Shown here: piece after piece, positions 8,024-17,607 of the stretch | Numbering within the stretch: position 1 is the stretch's first letter | Layout: every line of letters starts with the position of its first letter | Assembly (NCBI GenBank): GCA_963777315.1 | Contig: CAVZQC010000004.1 | Span: 32,001-96,000 of the forward strand | Reading direction: 5' to 3' | DNA from: Vulcanimicrobiota bacterium | GTDB taxonomy: Bacteria; Vulcanimicrobiota; Vulcanimicrobiia; Vulcanimicrobiales; Vulcanimicrobiaceae | Length of the DNA stretch: 64,000 nucleotides | The notes under the pieces: model-generated | The model's input: the letters and a program-made list of their open reading frames with translations, nothing else | What the model was told of the DNA's origin: nothing | The model's database searches: none | Translations under genes and position numbers: made by a program

Positions 8024-8817
8024 AGCACCGGTACGGAGAAATGACGTGGCCGGAGATCAAGGATGCGGCCGCCGCGGGCCGCGTTGCCGTTATTCCGATT
8101 GCCACGATCGAGGACCACGGTCCGCATCTGCCGGTCGACACCGACGTGATGCTCTGCGTGTCGGTGTGCGAAGCGGCGGTCGAGCGCGCCGGCGATCGCG
8201 CCGTGCTGGTTCCGCCCATCAATCACGGATACAGCCCGCATCACATGGACTTTCCCGGACCCATAACGATCGGCGCGGAGACGCTGATCCGCTACGGCGT
8301 CGACGTGTGCAAAAGTTTGGCGCACCATGGATTCAAACGGATGCTGATCGTCAACGGGCACGGAAGCAATACGCCCTTTGTCGACATCATTGCGCGGTTA
8401 ACGGTGGTGGAAACCGGCTGTCTAGCCGCAGGCGTGAACTACTGGGCCGCTCCGGGTGTACGTGAAATCGTCGAATCGCTGCGCGAATCAGAAAGGGGCG
8501 GCATGAACCATGCCGGCGAGTTCGAAACGTCGATGTACATGATGCTGCGCCCCGATCTCGTCGACATGTCCAAGGCCGTTGCGGAAATGAACCATCGGCC
8601 CACCAAAAATTACTGGACCGATCTGATCGCCGGCGACGGGCCGCTGATGATGATGGAACCGTGGAGCGCTTTGAGCGAAAGCGGGGTCATGGGCGATCCC
8701 AGCAAGGCTACCCCCGAAAAAGGCCGCCGCTTTTTCGAAGCAGCGGTGAACGGAATCGTCGAACTCATCGGAGAGATGCGCGACCGGGCGCCGGCGGTTC
8801 GCAAGGATCGCCATTAG
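8020..8817 (+). CDS. Creatininase-family amidohydrolase
   Basis: EDHGPHLPVDTD, NGHGSN, HAGEFETS, GVMGDP. Confidence 0.9.
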   Translation: MKHRYGEMTWPEIKDAAAAGRVAVIPIATIEDHGPHLPVDTDVMLCVSVCEAAVERAGDRAVLVPPINHGYSPHHMDFPGPITIGAETLIRYGVDVCKSLAHHGFKRMLIVNGHGSNTPFVDIIARLTVVETGCLAAGVNYWAAPGVREIVESLRESERGGMNHAGEFETSMYMMLRPDLVDMSKAVAEMNHRPTKNYWTDLIAGDGPLMMMEPWSALSESGVMGDPSKATPEKGRRFFEAAVNGIVELIGEMRDRAPAVRKDRH

Positions 8818-8818
8818 C

Positions 8819-10456
8819 CTGCGCGCGCTGCACGCTGTAGCGTTTGCAGCGGCGCTGCTGCCCGTTTTGAGCGCGTGTGCGCAGCCCGAGCACGGCGGCA
8901 GGCGCGGCGGCAATCCTTGGACGATTCCGGGCGTGCTGCGCATCGCGGGGCGCCAGCAGCCGGACAACCTGAATCCGCTGCTGGGCACGCAAACCGTCGT
9001 TACCGATCTGTCGATGTTTTGGGGCGGCTATCTGTTCGACTGGAGCGACCGCGACGCGCTGGTTCCCGAGCTGGCCGTGCGCGTGCCGAGCATGGAGAAC
9101 GGCGACATTTCACGCGATGGACTGCGCATAACGTATCATTTGCGCCGCGGTGTAAAGTGGCAAGACGGCGCGCCGTTCGACGCCGGCGACGTCATTTTCA
9201 CCTGGCATGCCATGATGAACCCGCGCAACCTGGTCGTGAGCCGGTTCGGGTACGATTTGATTGCGGCGATCGACGAGCGCGACCCGTACACGATCGACGT
9301 TCATCTCAAAAAGAGGTTCTCAGCGTTCGTCGATACGTTCTTTACCATGGCCAACCACGCCGACTGCATTTTGCCGCGGCATCTGCTCGCGCGCTACCCG
9401 GACATCAACCGCGTAGCGTACAATTCACTGCCCGTGGGCACCGGACCGTTCCGCATGGTCAACAACCAAAAGGGCTCTGCGCTTACGTTCCTGGCCAACG
9501 ATTCGTACTGGCGCGGCCCTCCAAAACTGCGGCGCATAGATTACCGGATCATCGAAAGCGACAACACGATGCTGACCCTGCTGCAAACGCACGCGATCGA
9601 TTTTTACTATCGGGCCTCCGAGAACCAGCTTTCGAGCCTTCGCAACATTCCCGGAACGCGGGTAGTGATTTCGCGGTTCACTCGTTTCGCCGATCTCGGG
9701 CTCAACGCCGCCAACCCCGCGCTGGCGGACGTGCGGGTTCGGCGCGCGCTGGCGTACGCTTTGGATCGAAACGCGCTGGTGCGAAAAGTTACGCACGGGG
9801 TCGCCCTGGTCGCCGACAGCGATCAACCGTCGACGTTTTGGGCATACGATCCGAATATCATGCGCTACCCATACGACCCGAAGCGAGCCGCGGCGCTGCT
9901 CGACCAAGCCGGATGGCGCGTCGCAGGCGGCGGAATCAGAACGAAAAACGGCGCGCCGCTGCGTTTGGAACTGGTCAGTTTCACCGGTTCCGCTACCGCG
10001 GAGGCGACCGAAGTGTTCGTGCAGGAAGCGTGGCATCAAATCGGCGTCGACGTCGCCATCAAGAATTTCTCGTCGTCGCAGCTCTATGCTACACTCGGCG
10101 GCGGCGGCATCGAGCAGTCGGGCAAATTCGACGTTGCCTTCGAGAACTGGGCCAACGGCATCGATCCGGACGACTCGATTCTCTTTCGCTGCGACATGGC
10201 TCCGCCCGCCGGTTGGAACATCTATCATTTTTGCAGCCCGAAGTTGGACCGAGCCGAGGACCGCGCGCTCTCTGCGTACGACCGCCCAACGCGCAAGGCG
10301 ATGTACGCGCGCGTTCAGAGCATCGTCGCGCGGCAATTGCCCATTATCGTTCTGTGGTACCAACGCGAGCTGGACGTGGTCAACACCGATTTTCGCAATT
10401 ACAAGCCGGCGCACGCGGTCACGCCCTTTTGGAACACGTGGGAGTGGGCGATTTGA
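8819..10456 (+). CDS. Peptide ABC transporter substrate-binding lipoprotein (SBP family 5); start uncertain
   Basis: Lipobox LSAC preceded in frame by a hydrophobic stretch; LRRGVKWQDG, PVGTGPF, VRRALAYALDR, YDPKRAAALLDQAGW. Confidence 0.9.
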   Translation: MRALHAVAFAAALLPVLSACAQPEHGGRRGGNPWTIPGVLRIAGRQQPDNLNPLLGTQTVVTDLSMFWGGYLFDWSDRDALVPELAVRVPSMENGDISRDGLRITYHLRRGVKWQDGAPFDAGDVIFTWHAMMNPRNLVVSRFGYDLIAAIDERDPYTIDVHLKKRFSAFVDTFFTMANHADCILPRHLLARYPDINRVAYNSLPVGTGPFRMVNNQKGSALTFLANDSYWRGPPKLRRIDYRIIESDNTMLTLLQTHAIDFYYRASENQLSSLRNIPGTRVVISRFTRFADLGLNAANPALADVRVRRALAYALDRNALVRKVTHGVALVADSDQPSTFWAYDPNIMRYPYDPKRAAALLDQAGWRVAGGGIRTKNGAPLRLELVSFTGSATAEATEVFVQEAWHQIGVDVAIKNFSSSQLYATLGGGGIEQSGKFDVAFENWANGIDPDDSILFRCDMAPPAGWNIYHFCSPKLDRAEDRALSAYDRPTRKAMYARVQSIVARQLPIIVLWYQRELDVVNTDFRNYKPAHAVTPFWNTWEWAI

Positions 10457-11493
10457 AGTTCTACGATTTCGTCGACAAAAAGCCGCCCATCGGCAAGCTC
10501 GTTATCGTCGAAGGCACCGAACGCGTTCTGGCCGACCGGGCACTGGAGCTGGTGCTGGACTGCGTTCTTCCTGCGGACGTGCGCGACATGAATCTCGAGC
10601 GTTTCCCGGCCGAGCAGCTCGACGGTACCACGCGCCTGCGGGAAGCGGTGCAGGCCATGCCTTTTTTGGCCGCGTCCCGCGCGGCAGTGGTTACGGACGC
10701 ACAGACGCTCAAAGCGGCGATGCGCCGCGAGTTGTGGGACGTTGCGCAAACGGTGCCGGACGGCAACACGCTGGTTATTTGCGATTTGCTTTCGCCGCGC
10801 TCAAAACGGCCGGAACCCCTTGGCGCGGGAGGCTCGCACGGCGCTCTGCGCATCGACACGAGCGCCAATGAGGACGTGCGCTCACGGTATATCCGGGAAA
10901 CGCTCGAAGAATTGCACGTTACGGCGCATCCGCGCGTGGTTGCCGTTCTGGCCGGCAGCCAGGCGGATCTGGCGTCGGTTCGAAACGATCTCGAAAAGCT
11001 TGCGCTCGGCGGGCGGAAAATTACGTATGCCGACCTGGAACGGGAAAGTTTGTCGGTGGAAGACCCCAAAGCGTACCAGTACGGCGGCGCGCTGGTGGAA
11101 GGACGCGTAGCGCACGCGATGCAGATTGCGCACGAACTGTTCGCAAACGATCGCCGTTCGGCTGCGATAGCGCTGATCTCCGCCGCCGCGACCGAGTGCG
11201 CAATACTGTGGGAGCTCGCGCGGGGCGGCGAGATTCCGGCGCGGCTGCGCTGGCGCGAGCGCGTTTTGCGACCGATTGCCGCGCGCGTGGGCGAACGCCG
11301 GGCTCGTCGCGCATTCGAGCGCGCCTTGAGCGCCTTTGAAGCCGTCGTGACCGGCAAGGTCGACGACCCTGAACTCGTCGTCGACATGCTCACCGCCGAA
11401 CTCTCCACGCTCGATCCGGCCAGCCGTCGGGCGCACGGTCCCCACGGCACGAGGGCGCCTGTGCCCGAACGCGAAGAGATTCCGACCCCATGA
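10453..11493 (+). CDS. holA: DNA polymerase III delta subunit (divergent)
   Basis: TTGA overlap with upstream gene; G.E..L, QAMPFLA..R.AVV, NDLEKL motifs; ~346 aa. Confidence 0.7.
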   Translation: MKFYDFVDKKPPIGKLVIVEGTERVLADRALELVLDCVLPADVRDMNLERFPAEQLDGTTRLREAVQAMPFLAASRAAVVTDAQTLKAAMRRELWDVAQTVPDGNTLVICDLLSPRSKRPEPLGAGGSHGALRIDTSANEDVRSRYIRETLEELHVTAHPRVVAVLAGSQADLASVRNDLEKLALGGRKITYADLERESLSVEDPKAYQYGGALVEGRVAHAMQIAHELFANDRRSAAIALISAAATECAILWELARGGEIPARLRWRERVLRPIAARVGERRARRAFERALSAFEAVVTGKVDDPELVVDMLTAELSTLDPASRRAHGPHGTRAPVPEREEIPTP

Positions 11494-12905
11494 AATACGA
11501 CACCTACGCTTCTCCGTTCTCGTGGAGATACGGTCGCGCGGAATTGCGCGCGCTTTTTTCCGAAGAGCAGCGGCGCAAGTTGTGGCGGCGCGTATGGGTC
11601 GAGCTTGCGCGCGAGCAAAGCCGCAACGGCTTGGTGACGCCGGCGGAGCTTGCCGACATCGAGGCGCACGCCGGCGACGTCGACATCGACGCCGCTTTAG
11701 CGGTAGAACGCGAAATTCATCACGATTTGATGGCGGAGATTCGCGTGTTTGCCTCGCAGGCTGCGGTGGGCGGCGGAAAGCTGCATATGGGATCGACCTC
11801 GATGGACATCGAAGACACCGTCGAAACCTATCGTCTTCGGCGAGCCTTGTCGGTCGTTGGGAGCGCGCTGGGAGACCTGCTGCGGGCGTTCGGCGGCAAA
11901 ATCCGCGAATACGCCGACTTGGTCTGCATGGCGTTCACGCATTTGCAGCCCGCCGAACCCACGACGCTTGGATACCGGCTTGCGGTCTACGCTCAAGATT
12001 TAGCGATCGACCAAGGCAATCTGCGCTTCGTATTCGACAACTTGACCGCAAAGGGATTGCGCGGTGCGGTCGGTACGTCCGCGTCCTACGAGCAGCTGCT
12101 CAGCGGCAACGGCTCGTCGGCCAAAATGGAACAGGCGGTGCTCGAGCGTTTCGGCATCGACGCACGCGAAGTCAGCACGCAAACGTATCCTCGTAAGCTC
12201 GATTACCTGTTGCTTACCGCGCTTGCCGGTGTGGGTGCGTCGCTGTCGAAATTTGCGGCCGACGTGCGCATCTTGAGCTCTCCGGAGTTCGGCGAAGTGT
12301 TCGAGCCGTTCGAAAAAGCGCAGGTCGGCAGTTCGGCCATGCCGTTCAAACGCAATCCCATTTTATGCGAGCGCATCGGTTCGCTCGCGCGCTTGCTGCC
12401 CGCATATGCCGATGTGGCCTGGCAAAACGCTGCGACCAATTACCTGGAACGCACGCTTGACGACAGCGCGAACCGCCGGACGATACTGCCCGAGGCATTG
12501 CTGTGCACCGACGAGATCGTGTCCATTGCCGGGCGCGTAGTCGTTGGGCTTCGCGTCGATGCGCAGCGCATGGCACAGAATCTGCGCACTTACGGCCCGT
12601 TTGCCGGAACGGAGTCCGTATTGATCGAAGGCGTGCGCGCGGGCGGCAACCGGCAGCAGTTGCACGAAGTGCTGCGCGCGGCGGCAATGGAATCGTGGAA
12701 TGCGATCGCGCAGGGCAAAGACAACCCGCTCGGACGCCTCCTCACCGAGGAGCACGAGCTGACCAGCCGCGTCGATCCGGCCGAAATCCGGCGCATGCTG
12801 GATCCCGGCAAACATATCGGGACGGCAGCGGAGCGAGCGCGTAAACTGGCTGCGCGAATCGATTCGCTGCCTGCGTTTCCCCAGCAAAAGGACGTCGACG
12901 CGTGA
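11490..12905 (+). CDS. purB: Adenylosuccinate lyase
   Basis: HHDLMA, FTHLQPAEPTT, GSSAMPFKRNP, ERTLDDSANRR. Confidence 0.95.
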   Translation: MKYDTYASPFSWRYGRAELRALFSEEQRRKLWRRVWVELAREQSRNGLVTPAELADIEAHAGDVDIDAALAVEREIHHDLMAEIRVFASQAAVGGGKLHMGSTSMDIEDTVETYRLRRALSVVGSALGDLLRAFGGKIREYADLVCMAFTHLQPAEPTTLGYRLAVYAQDLAIDQGNLRFVFDNLTAKGLRGAVGTSASYEQLLSGNGSSAKMEQAVLERFGIDAREVSTQTYPRKLDYLLLTALAGVGASLSKFAADVRILSSPEFGEVFEPFEKAQVGSSAMPFKRNPILCERIGSLARLLPAYADVAWQNAATNYLERTLDDSANRRTILPEALLCTDEIVSIAGRVVVGLRVDAQRMAQNLRTYGPFAGTESVLIEGVRAGGNRQQLHEVLRAAAMESWNAIAQGKDNPLGRLLTEEHELTSRVDPAEIRRMLDPGKHIGTAAERARKLAARIDSLPAFPQQKDVDA

Positions 12906-14104
12906 ACAAAGGCATCGAAATAGCCCGCGGCAAGACGAAGATGCTGTATGAAGCTGCCGGTCAGCCGGACATGCTCGTGATCAAGCAAACCGACGCCATT
13001 TCCGCGGGCGACGGCGCGCGCCGCGACGAGATCGCCGGAAAGGGACGGCTTGCGGCGCAAACGACCGCGCGCGTGTTCCGGCTGCTCAATCTTTGCGGCT
13101 TGCCCACGCACTACTTGAACGGCGGCGAAGACGACGACGACAACGAAATGCTGGTTCGGCGCTGCAACATGATCCCGCTCGAGGTCGTCGTGCGCGGCGT
13201 CGCGGCCGGTTCGCTGGTACGGCGCAATCCTGGCCTGCAGCGCGGTTCTCTTCTGGTGCCGCGCATGGTCGAGTTCTTCGTCAAGAACGATGCCGAGCAC
13301 GATCCGCTGATCGCTCCGGACGCGATCGTCGCGCAAGGCATCGCAAACCCGGCTGAAATCTCCGCGATGACCGAAATTTCGCGCCTGGCTTTTGAGGTGC
13401 TCGCGCACGCCTGGCGCAAGCGCGACGTGCTCCTGGTCGATCTCAAAGTGGAATTCGGGCGGCTGGGAAGCGGAGAGAACAAAGGCCAGCTGGTCATCGC
13501 CGACGTGATCGACAACGACTCCTGGCGAATTTGGCCGCAAGGTCGTGAAGATCGCATGCTCGACAAGCAGATGTACCGCAATCTGGAGATCGTCGACGAT
13601 GGAGCGCTCGCGAGCGTGAAGAGCGCGTACGAGCAGGTCGCCGAAATGGTCGGCGCGTTCCCGGTCATGCGTCCTGGGATGATCGCGCTGATCGCCGACT
13701 CCGCCGACTCGACCGCACAGCTCAACGCCGTAGCGCAGGCGTTGGGACAGCTCGGGCTCCCGGTCATCCGGCACGTTGCCAGCGCGGCGCGCACGCCCGG
13801 GTACGTACTGCAGCTGCTCCAACAGCACGATGCCACCTTTGCGCGGCTGCTGTACATCACGTTCGGCGGTCCGGATCTCGCGCTCTACGCAATGGTGCAG
13901 AACGGCACGAGCAATCCCGTAATCGACGGCTCCGGCGATCCGAGCGGCATCGCGCTGCACTGTGCGAAGATCCTCGCACTCGAGGACACGGTGCTTTTCG
14001 GGCGCACGCTGCTGGTGCAGACCAACGCGCGCTCGGCGGTGCTTGCCGCGGACGCTCAGCTCAACGCCCAGCAGCAACCCGTCCAACAATCCACTCTTGC
14101 ATAG
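12902..14104 (+). CDS. purC: SAICAR synthetase fused to a degenerate PurE-like domain (PAICS-like architecture)
   Basis: GKTK, ISAGDG, IPLEVVVR, DLKVEFG, ADVIDNDSWRIWP, DKQMYR; C-terminal VASAARTP and T.NPVI. Confidence 0.9.
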   Translation: MNKGIEIARGKTKMLYEAAGQPDMLVIKQTDAISAGDGARRDEIAGKGRLAAQTTARVFRLLNLCGLPTHYLNGGEDDDDNEMLVRRCNMIPLEVVVRGVAAGSLVRRNPGLQRGSLLVPRMVEFFVKNDAEHDPLIAPDAIVAQGIANPAEISAMTEISRLAFEVLAHAWRKRDVLLVDLKVEFGRLGSGENKGQLVIADVIDNDSWRIWPQGREDRMLDKQMYRNLEIVDDGALASVKSAYEQVAEMVGAFPVMRPGMIALIADSADSTAQLNAVAQALGQLGLPVIRHVASAARTPGYVLQLLQQHDATFARLLYITFGGPDLALYAMVQNGTSNPVIDGSGDPSGIALHCAKILALEDTVLFGRTLLVQTNARSAVLAADAQLNAQQQPVQQSTLA

Positions 14105-16403
14105 CTTTCGCGTTCTCGGCCTGCGCGACGACGAACTCAAAACCGCCGCCGCACACGCCGGTCTCGCGCTGCGCGTCGACGAACTGCGCCGGATCGCCCG
14201 GCGCCTGGAGCGCGACCCGACAATGGTGGAAGTGCGGGCGTTTGACGCACAGTGGAGCGAGCACTGCTCGTACAAGAGCAGCCGCCACCACCTGCGTAAG
14301 CTGCCCGTGCACGGGCCTACCGTCATGCAGGGACCGGCCGAGGACGCGGGCATTCTGCATTTGGGCGAATGGAACGGCGAGAAGTGGGGCGTCGCCATCG
14401 CGCACGAGTCGCACAACCACCCTTCGCAAGTCGTTCCGTTCGAGGGCGCCGCAACCGGCGTGGGCGGGATCGTGCGCGACGTGCTGTGCATGGGCGCCGA
14501 AGTCGTCGCGCTGGCCGATCCGCTTCGGTTCGGGCGCATCGACGATCCGCAATCCCACCAACGCTACGTCGCGCAGAGCGTGGTCGACGGCATAGCGGCC
14601 TACGGCAATGCCATCGGGGTGCCGAATATCGCCGGCGACGTGTATTTCGACGAAGGCTTCGACGACAATTGCCTGGTCAACGTCGTGGCGCTGGGCTTGG
14701 TAAAGGAAAGCGACGTCATACACTCCGCAGCGCCGGCGCAGTCTGCCGGCTGGGACATCGTGCTCGTGGGCAAGGCGACCGACACCAGCGGTTTCGGCGG
14801 AGCCGCGTTCTCTTCGATCGCCCTCGACCAAGCCAACGAAGATGCCAACAAAGGCGCCGTGCAAGTTCCGGATCCGTTCCTCAAAAACGTGATCATGCGC
14901 GCAACGTACGCCGTGTTCGCCTACTTGCGGGCGAACGCGATTGCGGCCGGTTTTAAGGATCTGGGCGCCGGCGGCATCATGGGCTGCAGCGCGGAACTGT
15001 GCGCGGCTGGCGGCTTGGGCGCGATCGTCGATTTGGACGACGTCAATACCGCCGTTGACGGTATGGCGCCCGAAGTGATTGCGGTCGGCGAAACGCAGGA
15101 GCGGTTGTGCTGGATACTGCCCGGCGACGCGACGGCTCGCGTTCTGCAGATCTATAACGAGGAATATTCACTACCGCAAATCGCGCGAGGCGCTTGCGCT
15201 ACGGTGATCGGTGCGGTACAACCCGAGCCGCGTTACGTGCTGCGCGCCGGCGGTGAGACGGTAATGGATGTGCCGATCGACTTTTTGACCGGTTCGATTC
15301 GCGACGAGCTGCCGGTGCGGGCGATGAGCGAACGCCACGCCGATCGCGCGGAGCAGCGATATATTACCGGCCGCCACCGCGTTGGCGATCTCTTACCGGC
15401 GGTGCTAGCGCATCGCGACGTGTGCTCGCGCGAGCCGCTGTACGTGCGGTACGATGGTGTCGTGCGCGGTACGACGGTCATCGCGCGTGGAGCAGCGTGC
15501 GCGGGGGTTATTGCGCCGCTGCACGGCGCTCCGTTCGGGATAGCGCTCGCAGTTGCAGGCAATCCGCGATACGGCAAGCTCGATCCGATTCTGGCCGCGC
15601 AGCATGCAGTGCTGCACGCCGTCAGAAAGGTCGTTTCGGTTGGCGCTAGGCCGTTGGGGCTTACAGACTGTCTGAATTTCGGCAATCCTCACAACGTCGG
15701 ACAGTATTCGCAGATGGTCGCATGCATTGACGGCCTCGCGCTTGCTGCCGGCCGGCTCGAGGTGCCGTACGTTTCCGGCAACGTCAGCCTGTACAACGAA
15801 TCGCGCGGCGGAGGCGCCGTTCCGGCTTCGCCGATCGTTGCTTGCGTGGGAGCCTTGCAGCACGTCGCCGGGGTGATTACCGCGCCGTTGAAATGCGCCG
15901 GCAGCACGCTGTTTTTGGTGGGGCGTCCGCACAACGCCGTCGGCGGCGCAGCCTTTGCAGAACTGCTCGGGCAAACCGGCGGCCCCGTTGCGCCGATAGA
16001 TTACGACCGCGCAAACGCTGAGATAGCATTTATGCTCAGGGCCGCGCACGACCGACTCGTCCTGTCGGCGAGAAGCGTCGGGAACGGCGGCGCGATTGCA
16101 GCGGTGTGCCGAATGGCATTCGCGACGCCCGCCGACGCGCCGATCGGTGCTGAGCTGTCCGCGGCGCAAACCTGGACGAACGGCGCGGTGGGCGAGCTCG
16201 AAGCGTATTTCGGTGAATCCGGCGGGTTCGTCGTCGAGACCGCGCAGCCCAAAGCGCTCGTGGCGCTTGCGCCGCAAGCGCTCGACTTGATTCCCATCGG
16301 ACATACCCGTTCCGGAGCGCTGCTCGAGATGGCGGAGGCTTCGTTCGACTTGCGCGAACTGCATCGCGCCTGGCAGGCTCCGCTCGCGCAGGTGTATGCG
16401 TAA
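14097..16403 (+). CDS. purL: Phosphoribosylformylglycinamidine synthase subunit PurL (start inferred)
   Basis: WSEHCSYKSS, ESHNHPS, GAATGVGGIVRD, DLGAGG, ETQER, DCLNFGNP, SGNVSLYN. Confidence 0.95.
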   Translation: MHSFRVLGLRDDELKTAAAHAGLALRVDELRRIARRLERDPTMVEVRAFDAQWSEHCSYKSSRHHLRKLPVHGPTVMQGPAEDAGILHLGEWNGEKWGVAIAHESHNHPSQVVPFEGAATGVGGIVRDVLCMGAEVVALADPLRFGRIDDPQSHQRYVAQSVVDGIAAYGNAIGVPNIAGDVYFDEGFDDNCLVNVVALGLVKESDVIHSAAPAQSAGWDIVLVGKATDTSGFGGAAFSSIALDQANEDANKGAVQVPDPFLKNVIMRATYAVFAYLRANAIAAGFKDLGAGGIMGCSAELCAAGGLGAIVDLDDVNTAVDGMAPEVIAVGETQERLCWILPGDATARVLQIYNEEYSLPQIARGACATVIGAVQPEPRYVLRAGGETVMDVPIDFLTGSIRDELPVRAMSERHADRAEQRYITGRHRVGDLLPAVLAHRDVCSREPLYVRYDGVVRGTTVIARGAACAGVIAPLHGAPFGIALAVAGNPRYGKLDPILAAQHAVLHAVRKVVSVGARPLGLTDCLNFGNPHNVGQYSQMVACIDGLALAAGRLEVPYVSGNVSLYNESRGGGAVPASPIVACVGALQHVAGVITAPLKCAGSTLFLVGRPHNAVGGAAFAELLGQTGGPVAPIDYDRANAEIAFMLRAAHDRLVLSARSVGNGGAIAAVCRMAFATPADAPIGAELSAAQTWTNGAVGELEAYFGESGGFVVETAQPKALVALAPQALDLIPIGHTRSGALLEMAEASFDLRELHRAWQAPLAQVYA

Positions 16404-17167
16404 TGATCGCCAGAGTTGCGGTGCTCGTATTTCCCGGCACGAACAGCGAGAGCGAAACGCTGCGCATTTGCCGCGACGTCGGTTTGGACGCCGAAGTCGT
16501 CCACTGGAGTCACGCGCGCAAACTGCCGCAGTTCGACGCGTACGTGCTTCCGGGCGGATTCGCCTATGAAGATCGCATTCGCGCCGGTGCGATTCCCGCG
16601 CACGATCCCATGATGGATTATGTGATTGAAGCAGCCCAAAACGGAAAGCCCGTGCTGGGCGTGTGCAACGGGGCGCAGATCTTGCTCGAAGCAGGATTGG
16701 TGCCGGGCACCGCCGGCGTACGCAAGCCGACTGCGGCGTTCACGCACAACGGTCCGCAGCCGCATTTCGTGTGCAAGCACGTGCATCTGAAGCTGGGCAT
16801 CGAACCATCGCGCTGCGTGCTCACGGCCGCGCTGCGCAGCGATGCGCTGATCCCGGCATGGGCGGCGCACGCTCAAGGGCGGCTGGCGGCCACGCCGGAA
16901 CACTTGCGCGAAATTACCGAAGGCGGTCATGTGGCCTTCGTCTACGCTCACGCCGATGGAACCGTGGACGAAACGGCAACGCCGAACGCTTCGGCACTGG
17001 GCTGCGCGGGACTGACCAACCGCGAAGGCAACGTGCTGGCGATCATGCCGCACCCCGAGCGCGATGCATGGAATTACAACCATCCCGATCGGCGGGAAAG
17101 CTCCGACATGCTTGCTCCGTCGGGCGGTTCGCAACTGTTTGCGGCGTTCGCCGCGGCGTTGAGATGA
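16403..17167 (+). CDS. purQ: FGAM synthase glutaminase subunit
   Basis: FPGTN, PGGFAYED, GVCNGAQIL, MPHPER. Confidence 0.95.
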   Translation: MIARVAVLVFPGTNSESETLRICRDVGLDAEVVHWSHARKLPQFDAYVLPGGFAYEDRIRAGAIPAHDPMMDYVIEAAQNGKPVLGVCNGAQILLEAGLVPGTAGVRKPTAAFTHNGPQPHFVCKHVHLKLGIEPSRCVLTAALRSDALIPAWAAHAQGRLAATPEHLREITEGGHVAFVYAHADGTVDETATPNASALGCAGLTNREGNVLAIMPHPERDAWNYNHPDRRESSDMLAPSGGSQLFAAFAAALR

Positions 17168-17607
17168 CTCGCACGGTTGCGATACGCCTGAAGATTCCCG
17201 ACAATGAGGCCTACACGGCGCTTACGGCGCTGCGGCGTTTGCACGTCGATGTCGAGAACGTGGAACGTGCGGAGATTTGGACGCTCGACGATTCGGGCGA
17301 TGCCCAAAACTTCGTCGCGCGCGTGCAGCGCAACGAAACGCTTTTCAACGTCAACAAACACGCACTCGATCTGCTCGAGCAGGCGCATCCGCGGCAAGGC
17401 GAAGTGTGGATCGAAACGCTGGGGCAGTTCGATGGCGACGATCTGGCCCGCGCGGGCGGAAGAGGGATTGCGGGCGTTTCCCGCGGCCGGCGGTATATCG
17501 GCTGGCGGTTGTTCGGGCCCGATCGCTCGTTTGCCGATGAGTCAACGGTTCGCTGCGCTGCCGAAAAACTGTTGTGCAACCCCGCCATCGAGAGGGCTCT
17601 CTTCTAG
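17164..17607 (+). CDS. purS: Double-length PurS-like protein (147 aa)
   Basis: ATGA overlap with purQ; C-terminal AEKLLCNPAIE matches PurS LLANPVIE; weaker N-terminal repeat ending TLFNVNKH. Confidence 0.6.
   Translation: MTRTVAIRLKIPDNEAYTALTALRRLHVDVENVERAEIWTLDDSGDAQNFVARVQRNETLFNVNKHALDLLEQAHPRQGEVWIETLGQFDGDDLARAGGRGIAGVSRGRRYIGWRLFGPDRSFADESTVRCAAEKLLCNPAIERALF

Noticed and set aside
8875..11493. 872-aa ORF suggesting a giant HolA
   Set aside because: The first ~525 codons are an Arg-rich shadow frame of the peptide-binding protein; HolA-like sequence starts at 10453
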